Part shown: positions 1 through 11,400 of the stretch, in pieces
How positions within the stretch are numbered: position 1 is the first letter of the stretch
How the letters are laid out: every line of letters begins with the position of its first letter
Position numbers and translations under genes: made by a program
Assembly (NCBI GenBank): GCA_964016885.1
Contig: OZ024744.1
Location: 135,036,001-135,100,000 of the forward strand
Length of the DNA stretch: 64,000 nt
From: Eledone cirrhosa
Taxonomy: Eukaryota
Direction: 5' to 3'
Notes under the pieces: model-generated
Seen by the model: the letters and a program-made list of their open reading frames with translations, nothing else
Database searches by the model: none
Told to the model about the DNA's origin: nothing

Positions 1-31
1 TGGGGTTAAGTTAAGTTGGGGTTAAGTTAAG

Positions 32-98
32 TTGGGTTGAGTTAATTTGGGGTTAACTTAAGTTGGGGGTACTTAAGTTGGGTTTAAGTTAAGTGGGG
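32..98 (+). repeat. First example of a recurrent ~65-bp variant cassette TTGAGTTAATTTGGGGTTAACTTAAGTTGGGGGTACTTAAGTTGGGTTTAAGTTAAGTGGGG
   Basis: The same run of consecutive variant monomers recurs dozens of times, e.g. ~274, 752, 1720, 2305, 3984, 4221, 4677, 5468 ... 60626, 60863, 61656, 61892, 62604. Confidence 0.92.
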
Positions 99-3000
99 TT
101 AATTTAAGTTGGGGTTAAGTTAAGTTGGGGTTAAGTTAAGTTGGGGTTAAGTTAGGTTGTCGTTAAGTTAAGTTGGGGGTAAGTTAAGTTGGGTGTAAGT
201 TAAGTTGGGGTTAATTTAAGTTGGGTCTAATTAAGTTGGGGTTAAGTTAAGTTGGGGTTAAGTTAAGTTGGGGTTGAGTTAATTTGGGGTTAACTTAAGT
301 TGGGGGTACTTAAGTTGGGTTTAAGTTATGTGGGGTTAAGTTAAGTTGGGGTTAAGTTAAGTTGGGGTTAAGTTAAGTTGGGGGTAAGTTAAGTTGAGGG
401 TAAGTTAAGTTGGGGTTGAGTTAATTTGGGGTTAAGTTAAGTTGGGGTTATGTTAAGTTGGGGTTAAGTTAAGTTGGGGTTAAGTTGAGTTGGGGTTCAG
501 TTAAGTTGCGGTTAATTTAAGTAGGGGTTAAGTTAAGTTGGGGTTAATTTAAGTTGGGGTTAAGTTAAGTTGGGCTTAATTTAAGTTGGGGTTAAGTTAA
601 GTTGGGGTTAAGTTAAGTTGGGGTTAAGTTAAGTTGGGGTTAAGTTAAGTTGGGGTTAAATTAAATTGGGGTTAAGTTAAGTTGGGGTTAAGTTAAGTTG
701 GGGTTAAGATAAGTTGGGGTTAAGTTAAGTTGGGGTTGAGTTAAGTTGGAGTTGAGTTAATTTGGGGTTAACTTAAGTTGGGGGTACTTAAGTTGGGTTT
801 AAGTTAAGTGGGGTTAAGTTATGTTGGGGTTAAGTTAAGTTGGGGTTAAGTTAAGTTGGGGTTAAGTTAGGTTGTGGTTAAGTTAAGTTGTGGGTAAGTT
901 AAGTTGGGGGTAATTTAAGTTGGGGTTAATTTAAGTTGGGTCTAATTAAGTTGGGGTTAAGTTAAGTTGGGGTTAAGTTAAGTTGGGGTTAAATTAAGTT
1001 GGGGTTAAGTTAAGTTGAGGTTAAATTAAGTTGGGGTTAAGTTAAGTTGGGGTTAAGTTAAGTTGGGGTTAAGTTAAGTTGGGGTTAAATTAAGTTGGGG
1101 TTAAATTAAGTTGGGGTTAAGTTAAGTTGGGGGTAAGTTTAGTTGGGGGCAAGTTAAGTTGGGATTTATTTAAGTTGGGGTTAATTAAGTTGGGGTTAAG
1201 TTAAGTTGGGGTTAAGTTAAGTTGGGGTTAATTTAAGTTGGGGTTGAGTTAAGTTGGGGTTAAGTTAAGTTGGGGTTAAGTTAAGTTGGTGTTTAGTTAA
1301 GTTGGGGCTAAGTTAAGTTGGGGCTGAGTTAAGTTGGGGCTGAGTTAAGTTGGGGTTAAGTTAAGTTGGGGTTGAGTTAAGTTGGGGTTAAGTTAAGTTG
1401 GGGTTAAGTTAAGTTGGGGTTTAGTTAAGTTGGGGTTCAGTTAAGTTGGGGTTAAGTTAAGTTTGGGTTAAGTTGGGGTTAAATTAAGTTGGGGTTAAGT
1501 TAAGTTGGGGTTATGTTAAGTTGGGGTTAAGTTAAGTTGCGGTTAAGTTAAGTTGGGGTTAAATTAAGTTGGGGTTAAGTTAACTTGGGGTTAAGTTAAG
1601 TTGGGGTTAAGTTAAGTTGGGGTTAAGTTAAGTTGGGGTTAATTTAAGTTGGGGTTAAGTTAAGGCGGGGTTAAGTTGAGTTGGGGTTAAGTTAAGTTGG
1701 GGTTAAGTTAAGTTGGGGTTGAGTTAATTTGGGGTTAACTTAAGTTGGGGGTACTTAAGTTGGGTTTAAGTTAAGTGGGGTTCAGTTAAGTTGGGGTTAA
1801 GTTAAGTTGGGGTTAAGTTAAGTTGGGGTTAAGTTAGGTTGTGGTTAAGTTAAGTTGGGGTTAAGTTAAGTTGGGGGTAAGTTAAGTTGGTGGTAAGTTA
1901 AGTTGGGGGTAAGTTAAGATGGGGTTAAGTTAAGTTGGGGTTAAGTTAATTTGGGGTTAAGTTAGGGTTAAGTTAAGTTGGGGTTGAGTTAAGTTGGGGT
2001 TAATTTAAGTTGCGGTTACGTTAATTTGGGGTTAAGTTAAGTTGGGGTTAAGTTGAGTTGGGGTTCAGTTAAGTTGCGGTTAAGTTAAGTTGGGGTTAAG
2101 TTAAGTTGGGGTTAAGTTAAGTTGGGGTTACTTTAAGTTGGGGTTAAGTTAAGTTGGGGTTAAGTTAAGTTGGGGTTAAGTGAAGTTGGGGTTAAGTTAA
2201 GTTGCGGTTAAATTAAGTTGGGGTTAAGTTAATTTGGGGTTAAGTTAAGTTGGGGTTAAGATAAGTTGGGGTTAAGTTAAGTTGGGGTTGAGTTAAGTTG
2301 GGGTTGAGTTAATTTGGGGTTAACTTAAGTTGGGGGTACTTAAGTTGGGTTTAAGTTAAGTGGGGTTAAGTTAAGTTGGGGTTAAGTTAAGTTGGTGTTA
2401 AGTTAAGTTGGGGCTGAGTTAAGTTGGGGCTGAGTTAAGTTGGGGTTAAGTTAAGTTGAGGTTGAGTTAAGTTGGGGTTAAGTTAAGTTGGGGTTAAGTT
2501 AAGTTGGGGTTAAGTTAAGTTGGGGTTAAGTTAAGTTGGGGTTGAGATAAGTTGGGGTTAAGTTAAGTTGGGGTTAAGTTAAGTTGGGGTTCAGTTAAGT
2601 TGGGGTTAAGTTATGTTGGGGTTAAGTTGGGGTTAAGTTAAGTTAGGGTTAAGTTAAGTTGGAGTTAAGTTAAGTTGGGGTTGAGTTAAGTTGGGGTTGA
2701 GTTAAATTGGGGTGGAGTTAAGTTGGGGTTGAGTTAAGTTGGTGTTGAGTTAAGTTGGGGTTAACTTAAGTTGGGGTTAAGTTAAGTTGCAGTTAAGTTA
2801 AGTTGAGTTTAAGTTAAGTTGGGGCTAAGTTAAGTTGGGGCTAAGTTAAGTTGGGGCTAAGTTAAGTTGGGGCTAAGTTAAGTTGGGGTTCAGTTAAGTT
2901 GGTGTTAAGTTAAGTTTGGGTTAAGTTGGGGTTAAATGAAGTTGGGGTTAAGTTAAGTTGGGGTTTAGTTAAGTTGGGGTTAAGTTAAGTTGGGGTTAAT

Positions 3001-6000
3001 TTAAGTTGGGGTTAAGTTAAGTTGGGGTTAAGTTAAGTGGTGGTTATGTTAAGTTGGGGTTAAGTTAAGTTGGGGTTAATTTAAATTGGGGTTAAGTTAA
3101 TTTTGTGGTTAAGTTAAGTTGGGGTTAAGTTAAGTCGGGGTTAAGTTAATTTGGGGTTGAGTTAAGTTGGGGTTAATTTAAGTTGGGGCTAAGTTAATTT
3201 GTGGTTAAGTTAAGTTGGGGTTAAGTTAAGTTGGGGTTAAGTTAAGTTGGGGTTGAGTTAAGTTGGGGTTGAGTTAATTTAGGGTTAAGTTAAGTTGGGG
3301 TTAAGTTAAGTTGGGTTTAAGTTAAGTTGGGGTTAAATTAAGATGGGGTTAAATTAAGTTGGGGTTAAGTTAAGTTGGGGGCAAGTTAAGTTGGGGTTAA
3401 GTTAAGTTGGGGTTAAATTAAGTTGGGGTTAAGTTAAGTTGGTCTTAATTTAAGTTGGGGTTTATTTAAGTTGGGGTTAATTAAGTTGGGGTTAAGTTAA
3501 GTTGGGGTTAAGTTAAGTTGGGGTTAATTTAAGTTGGGGTTGAGTTAAGTTGCGGTTAAGTTAAGTTGGGTTTATATTAAGTTGGGGTTAAGTTAAGTTG
3601 GGGTTAAGTTAAGTTAGGGTTAAGTTAAGTTGGGGTTAAGTTAAGTTGGGGCTGAGTTAAGTTGGGGCTGAGTTAAGTTGGGGTTAAGTTAAGTTGGGGA
3701 TGAGTTAAGTTGCGGTTAAGTTAAGTTGGGGTTAAGTTAAGTTGGGTTTAAGTTAAGTTGGGGTTTAGTTAAGTTGGGGTTCAGTTAAGTTGGGGTTAAG
3801 TTAAGTTTGGGTTAAGTTGGGGTTAAATTAATTTGGGGTTAAGTTAAGTTGGGGTTTAGTTAAGTTGGGGTTAAGTTAAGTTGGGGTTAATTTAAGTTGG
3901 GGTTAAGTTAAGTTGCGGGTAATTTAAGTTGGGGTTAAGTTAAGTTGGGGTTAAGTTAAGGCGGGGTTAAGTTGAGTTGGGGTTGAGTTAATTTGGGGTT
4001 AACTTAAGTTGGGGGTACTTAAGGTGGGTTTAAGTTAAGTGGGGTTAAGTTAAGTTGGGGTTAAGTTAAGTTGGGGTTAAGTTAAGTTGGGGTTAAGTTA
4101 GGTTGTGGTTAAGTTAAGTTGGGGGTAAGTTAAGTTGGGGGTAAGTTAAGTTGCGGTTAATTTAAGTTGGGTCTAATTAAATTGGGGTTAAGTTAAGTTG
4201 GGGTTAAGTTAAGTTGGGGTTGAGTTAATTTGGGGTTAACTTAAGTTGGGGGTACTTAAGTTGGGTTTAAGTTAAGTCGGGTTAAATTAAGTTGGGGTTA
4301 AGTTAAGTTGGGGTTAAGTTAAGTTGGGGGTAAGTTAAGTTGGTGGTAAGTTAAGTTGGGGGTAAGTTAAGGTGGGGTTAAGTTAAGTTGGGGTTAAGTT
4401 AATTTGGGGTTAAGTTATAGTTAAGTTAAGTTGGGGTTGAGTTAATTAGGGGTTAAGTTAAGTTGGGGTTATGTTAAGTTGGGGTTAAGTTAAGTTGGGG
4501 TTAAGTTGAGTTGGGGTTCAGTTAAGTTGCGGTTAATTTAAGTTGGGGATAATTTAAGTTGGGGTTAAGTTAAGTTGGGGGTAAGTTAAGTTGGGGGTAA
4601 GTTAAGTTGGGGTTAATTTAAGTTGGGTCTAATTAAGTTGGGGTTAAGTTAAGTTGGGGTTAAGTTAAGTTGGGGTTGAGTTAATTTGGGCTTAACTTAA
4701 GTTGGGGGTACTTAAGTTGGGTTTAAGTTAAGTGGGGTTAAGTTAAGTTGGGGTTAAGTTAAGTTGGGGTTAAGTTAAGTTGGGGGTAAGTTAAGTTGAG
4801 GGTAAGTTAAGTTGGGGTTAATTTAAGTTGGGTCAAATTAAGTTGGGGTTAAGTTAAGTTGGAGTTAAGTTAAGTTGGGGTTAAATTAAGTTGGGGTTAA
4901 GTTAAGTTGGGGTTAAATTAAGTTGGAGTTAAGTTAAGTTGGGGTTAAGTTAAGTTGGGGTTAAGTTAAGTTGGGGGTAAGTTAAGTTGGTGGTAAGTTA
5001 AGTTGGGGGTAAGTTAAGATGGGGTTAAGTTAAGTTGGGGTTAAGTTAATTTGGGGTTAAGTTAGGGTTAAGTTAAGTTGGGTTGATTTAAGTTGGGGTT
5101 AAGTTAAGTTGGGGTTATGTTAAGTTGGGGTTAAGTTGAGTTGGGGTTCAGTTAAGTTGCGGTTAAGTTAAGTTGGGGTTAAGTTAAGTTGGGGTTAAGT
5201 TAAGTTGGGGTTACTTTAAGTTGGGGTTAAGTTAAGTTGGGGTTAAATTAAGTTGGGGTTAAGTTAAGTTGGTGTTAATTTAAGTTGGGGTTTATTTAAG
5301 TTGGGGTTAAGTTAAGTTGGGGTTAAGTTAAGTTGGGGTTAAGTTAAGTTGGGGTTAAGTTAAGTTGCGGTTAAATTAAGTTGGGGTTAAGTTAATTTGG
5401 GGTTAAGTTAAGTTGGGGTTAAGATTAGTTGGGGTTAAGTTAAGTAGGGGTTGAGTTAAGTTGGGGTTGAGTTAATTTGGGGTTAACTTAAGTTGGGGGT
5501 ACTTAAGTTGGGTTTAAGTTAAGTGGGGTTAAGTTAAGTTGGGGTTAAGTTAAGTTGGGGTTAAGTTAGGATGTGGTTAAGTTAAGTTGGGGTAAGTTAA
5601 GTTGGGGGTAAGTTAAGTTGGGGTTAATTTAAGTTGGGTCTAATTAAGTTGGGGTTAAGTTAAGTTGGGGTTAAGTTAAGTTGGGGTTAAATTAAGTTGG
5701 GGTTAAGTTAAGTTGGGGCTAAATTAAGTTTGGGTTAATTAAGTTGGGGTTAAGTTAAGTTGGGGTTAAGTTAAGTTGGGGTTAAGTTAAGTTGGGGTTA
5801 AGTTAAGTTGGGGTTGAGTTAAGTTGGGGTTCAGTTAAGTTGGGGTTAAGTTAAGTTGGGGTTAAGATGGGGTTAAATTAAGTTGGGGTTAAGTTAAGTT
5901 GGGGTTAAGTTAAGTTGGGGTTAAGTTAAGTTGGGGTTAAGTTAAGTCGGGGTTAAGTTAAGTCGGGGTTAAGTTAAGTTAGGGTTAAGTTAAGTCGGGG

Positions 6001-7493
6001 TAAAGTTAAGTCGGGGTTAAGTTAAGTTGGGGTTAAGTTAAGTTGGGGTTAAGTTAAGTTGGGGTTAAGTTAAGTTGGTGTTAAGTTAAGTTGGGGCTAA
6101 GTTAAGTTGGGGCTGAGTTAAGTTGGGGCTGAGTTAAGTTGGGGTTAAGTTAAGTTGGGGTTGAGTTAAGTTGGGGTTAAGTTAAGTTTGGGTTAAGTAA
6201 AGTTGGGGTTAAGTTAAGTTGGGGTTAAGTTAAGTTGGGGTTTAGTTAAGTTGGGGTTCAGTTAAGTTGGGGTTAAGTTAAGTTTGGGTTAAGTTGGGGT
6301 TAAATTAAGTTGGGGTTAAGTTAAGTTGGGGTTTAGTTAAGTTGGGGTTAAGTTAAGTTGGGGTTAATTTAAGTTGGGGTTAAGTTAAGTTGCGGGTAAT
6401 TTAAGTTGGGGTTAAGTTAAGTTGGGGTTAAATTAAGTTGGAGTTAAGTTAAGTTGGGGTTAAGTTAAGTTGGGGTTAAGTTAAGTTGGGGGTAAGTTAA
6501 GTTGGTGGTAAGTTAAGTTGGGGGTAAGTTAAGATGGGGTTAAGTTAAGTTGGGGTTAAATTAAGTTGGGGTTAAATTAAGTTGGGGTTAAGTTAAGTTG
6601 GGGGTAAGTTAAGTTGGGGGCAAGTTAAGTTGGGGTTAAGTTAAGTTGGGGTTAAATTAAGTTGGGGTTAAGTTAAGTTGGGGTTAAGTTAAGTGGTGGT
6701 TATGTTAAGTTGGGGTTAAGTTAATTTGGGGTTAAGTTAGGGTTAAGTTAAGTTGGGGTTGAGTTAAGTTGGGGTTAAGTTAAGTTGGGGTTAAGTTAAG
6801 TTGGGGTAAATTTAAGTTGGGGTTAAGTTAAGTTGGGGTTAAGTTAAGTTGGGGTTAAGTTAAGTTGGGGTTAAGTTAAGTTGGGGTTAAATTAAGTTGG
6901 GGTTAAGTTAATTTAGGGTTAAGTTATGGTTAAGTTAAGTTGGGGTTGAGTTAAGTTGGGGTTAAGTTAAGTTGGGGTTATGTTAAGATGGGGTTAAGTT
7001 AAGTTGGAGTTAAGTTGAGTTGGGGTTCAGTTAAGTTGCGGTTAATTTAAGTTGGGGTTAAGTTAAGTTGGGGTTAAGTTAAGTTGGGGTTAAGTTAAGT
7101 TGGGGTTAATTTAAGTTGGGGTTAAGTTAAGTTGGGGTTAAGTTAAGTTGGGGTTAATTTAAGTTGGGGTTAAGTTAAGTTGGGGTTAAATTAAGTTGGG
7201 GTTAAGTTAAGTTGGGGTTAAGTTAAGTTGGGGTTAAATTAAGTTGGGGTTAAAGTAAGTTGGGGTTAAGTTAAGTTGGGGGTAAGTTAAGTTGGGGGCA
7301 AGTTAAGTTGGGGTTAAGTTAAGTTGGGGTTAAATTAAGTTGGGGTTAAGTTAAGTTGGGGTTAAGTTAAGTTGGGGTTAAGTTAAGTTGGGGTTAAGTT
7401 AAATTGGCGTTAAGTTAAGTTGGGGTAAAGTTAAGTTGGGGTTAATTTAAGTTGGGGTTAAGTTAAGGCGGGGTTAAGTTGAGTTGGGGTTAA

Positions 7494-8403
7494 GTTAAGT
7501 TGGGGTTAAGTTAAGTTGGGTTGAGTTAATTTGGGGTTAACTTAAGTTGGGGGTACTTAAGTTGGGTTTAAGTTAAGTGGGGTTAATTTAAGTTGGGGTT
7601 AAGTTAAGTTGGGGTTAAGTTAAGTTGGGGTTAAGTTAGGTTGTCGTTAAGTTAAGTTGGGGGTAAGTTAAGTTGGGTGTAAGTTAAGTTGGGGTTAATT
7701 TAAGTTGGGTCTAATTAAGTTGGGGTTAAGTTAAGTTGGGGTTAAGTTAAGTTGGGGTTGAGTTAATTTGGGGTTAACTTAAGTTGGGGGTACTTAAGTT
7801 GGGTTTAAGTTATGTGGGGTTAAGTTAAGTTGGGGTTAAGTTAAGTTGGGGTTAAGTTAAGTTGGGGGTAAGTTAAGTTGAGGGTAAGTTAAGTTGGGGT
7901 TGAGTTAATTTGGGGTTAAGTTAAGTTGGGGTTATGTTAAGTTGGGGTTAAGTTAAGTTGGGTTGAGTTAATTTGGGGTTAACTTAAGTTGGGGGTACTT
8001 AAGTTGGGTTTAAGTTAAGTGGGGTTAATTTAAGTTGGGGTTAAGTTAAGTTGGGGTTAAGTTAAGTTGGGGTTAAGTTAGGTTGTCGTTAAGTTAAGTT
8101 GGGGGTAAGTTAAGTTGGGTGTAAGTTAAGTTGGGGTTAATTTAAGTTGGGTCTAATTAAGTTGGGGTTAAGTTAAGTTGGGGTTAAGTTAAGTTGGGGT
8201 TGAGTTAATTTGGGGTTAACTTAAGTTGGGGGTACTTAAGTTGGGTTTAAGTTATGTGGGGTTAAGTTAAGTTGGGGTTAAGTTAAGTTGGGGTTAAGTT
8301 AAGTTGGGGGTAAGTTAAGTTGAGGGTAAGTTAAGTTGGGGTTGAGTTAATTTGGGGTTAAGTTAAGTTGGGGTTATGTTAAGTTGGGGTTAAGTTAAGT
8401 TGG
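7494..8403 (+). repeat. 442-bp tandem duplication
   Basis: TTGTCG at 7645 and 8087 (offset 442). The flanking variants TGGGTGTAAG, TTATGTGGGG and TTGAGGGTAAG repeat in the same order. Confidence 0.88.
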
Positions 8404-11400
8404 GGTTAAGTTGAGTTGGGGTTCAGTTAAGTTGCGGTTAATTTAAGTAGGGGTTAAGTTAAGTTGGGGTCAATTTAAGTTGGGGTTAAGTTAAGTTGGG
8501 CTTAATTTAAGTTGGGGTTAAGTTAAGTTGGGGTTAAGTTAAGTTGGGGTTAAGTTAAGTTGGGGTTAAGTTAAGTTGGGGTTAAATTAAATTGGGGTTA
8601 AGTTAAGTTGGGGTTAAGTTAAGTTGGGGTTAAGATAAGTTGGGGTTAAGTTAAGTTGGGGTTGAGTTAAGTTGGAGTTGAGTTAATTTGGGGTTAACTT
8701 AAGTTGGGGGTACTTAAGTTGGGTTTAAGTTAAGTGGGGTTAAGTTATGTTGGGGTTAAGTTAAGTTGGGGTTAAGTTAAGTTGGGGTTAAGTTAGGTTG
8801 TGGTTAAGTTAAGTTGTGGGTAAGTTAAGTTGGGGGTAATTTAAGTTGGGGTTAATTTAAGTTGGGTCTAATTAAGTTGGGGTTAAGTTAAGTTGGGGTT
8901 AAGTTAAGTTGGGGTTAAATTAAGTTGGGGTTAAGTTAAGTTGAGGTTAAATTAAGTTGGGGTTAAGTTAAGTTGGGGTTAAGTTAAGTTGGGGTTAAGT
9001 TAAGTTGGGGTTAAATTAAGTTGGGGTTAAATTAAGTTGGGGTTAAGTTAAGTTGGGGGTAAGTTTAGTTGGGGGCAAGTTAAGTTGGGATTTATTTAAG
9101 TTGGGGTTAATTAAGTTGGGGTTAAGTTAAGTTGGGGTTAAGTTAAGTTGGGGTTAATTTAAGTTGGGGTTGAGTTAAGTTGGGGTTAAGTTAAGTTGGG
9201 GTTAAGTTAAGTTGGTGTTTAGTTAAGTTGGGGCTAAGTTAAGTTGGGGCTGAGTTAAGTTGGGGCTGAGTTAAGTTGGGGTTAAGTTAAGTTGGGGTTG
9301 AGTTAAGTTGGGGTTAAGTTAAGTTGGGGTTAAGTTAAGTTGGGGTTTAGTTAAGTTGGGGTTCAGTTAAGTTGGGGTTAAGTTAAGTTTGGGTTAAGTT
9401 GGGGTTAAATTAAGTTGGGGTTAAGTTAAGTTGGGGTTATGTTAAGTTGGGGTTAAGTTAAGTTGCGGTTAAGTTAAGTTGGGGTTAAATTAAGTTGGGG
9501 TTAAGTTAACTTGGGGTTAAGTTAAGTTGGGGTTAAGTTAAGTTGGGGTTAAGTTAAGTTGGGGTTAATTTAAGTTGGGGTTAAGTTAAGGCGGGGTTAA
9601 GTTGAGTTGGGGTTAAGTTAAGTTGGGGTTAAGTTAAGTTGGGGTTGAGTTAATTTGGGGTTAACTTAAGTTGGGGGTACTTAAGTTGGGTTTAAGTTAA
9701 GTGGGGTTCAGTTAAGTTGGGGTTAAGTTAAGTTGGGGTTAAGTTAAGTTGGGGTTAAGTTAGGTTGTGGTTAAGTTAAGTTGGGGTTAAGTTAAGTTGG
9801 GGGTAAGTTAAGTTGGTGGTAAGTTAAGTTGGGGGTAAGTTAAGATGGGGTTAAGTTAAGTTGGGGTTAAGTTAATTTGGGGTTAAGTTAGGGTTAAGTT
9901 AAGTTGGGGTTGAGTTAAGTTGGGGTTAATTTAAGTTGCGGTTACGTTAATTTGGGGTTAAGTTAAGTTGGGGTTAAGTTGAGTTGGGGTTCAGTTAAGT
10001 TGCGGTTAAGTTAAGTTGGGGTTAAGTTAAGTTGGGGTTAAGTTAAGTTGGGGTTACTTTAAGTTGGGGTTAAGTTAAGTTGGGGTTAAGTTAAGTTGGG
10101 GTTAAGTGAAGTTGGGGTTAAGTTAAGTTGCGGTTAAATTAAGTTGGGGTTAAGTTAATTTGGGGTTAAGTTAAGTTGGGGTTAAGATAAGTTGGGGTTA
10201 AGTTAAGTTGGGGTTGAGTTAAGTTGGGGTTGAGTTAATTTGGGGTTAACTTAAGTTGGGGGTACTTAAGTTGGGTTTAAGTTAAGTGGGGTTAAGTTAA
10301 GTTGGGGTTAAGTTAAGTTGGTGTTAAGTTAAGTTGGGGCTGAGTTAAGTTGGGGCTGAGTTAAGTTGGGGTTAAGTTAAGTTGAGGTTGAGTTAAGTTG
10401 GGGTTAAGTTAAGTTGGGGTTAAGTTAAGTTGGGGTTAAGTTAAGTTGGGGTTAAGTTAAGTTGGGGTTGAGATAAGTTGGGGTTAAGTTAAGTTGGGGT
10501 TAAGTTAAGTTGGGGTTCAGTTAAGTTGGGGTTAAGTTATGTTGGGGTTAAGTTGGGGTTAAGTTAAGTTAGGGTTAAGTTAAGTTGGAGTTAAGTTAAG
10601 TTGGGGTTGAGTTAATTGGGGTTGAGTTAAATTGGGGTGGAGTTAAGTTGGGGTTGAGTTAAGTTGGTGTTGAGTTAAGTTGGGGTTAACTTAAGTTGGG
10701 GTTAAGTTAAGTTGCAGTTAAGTTAAGTTGAGTTTAAGTTAAGTTGGGGCTAAGTTAAGTTGGGGCTAAGTTAAGTTGGGGCTAAGTTAAGTTGGGGCTA
10801 AGTTAAGTTGGGGTTCAGTTAAGTTGGTGTTAAGTTAAGTTTGGGTTAAGTTGGGGTTAAATGAAGTTGGGGTTAAGTTAAGTTGGGGTTTAGTTAAGTT
10901 GGGGTTAAGTTAAGTTGGGGTTAATTTAAGTTGGGGTTAAGTTAAGTTGGGGTTAAGTTAAGTGGTGGTTATGTTAAGTTGGGGTTAAGTTAAGTTGGGG
11001 TTAATTTAAATTGGGGTTAAGTTAATTTTGTGGTTAAGTTAAGTTGGGGTTAAGTTAAGTCGGGGTTAAGTTAATTTGGGGTTGAGTTAAGTTGGGGTTA
11101 ATTTAAGTTGGGGCTAAGTTAATTTGTGGTTAAGTTAAGTTGGGGTTAAGTTAAGTTGGGGTTAAGTTAAGTTGGGGTTGAGTTAAGTTGGGGTTGAGTT
11201 AATTTAGGGTTAAGTTAAGTTGGGGTTAAGTTAAGTTGGGTTTAAGTTAAGTTGGGGTTAAATTAAGATGGGGTTAAATTAAGTTGGGGTTAAGTTAAGT
11301 TGGGGGCAAGTTAAGTTGGGGTTAAGTTAAGTTGGGGTTAAATTAAGTTGGGGTTAAGTTAAGTTGGTCTTAATTTAAGTTGGGGTTTATTTAAGTTGGG

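Noticed and set aside
1962-1967. Vertebrate-type TTAGGG and insect-type TTAGG telomere repeats
   Set aside because: They occur only as isolated variants of the 16-mer and never as tandem runs, so they do not support a canonical telomere call.
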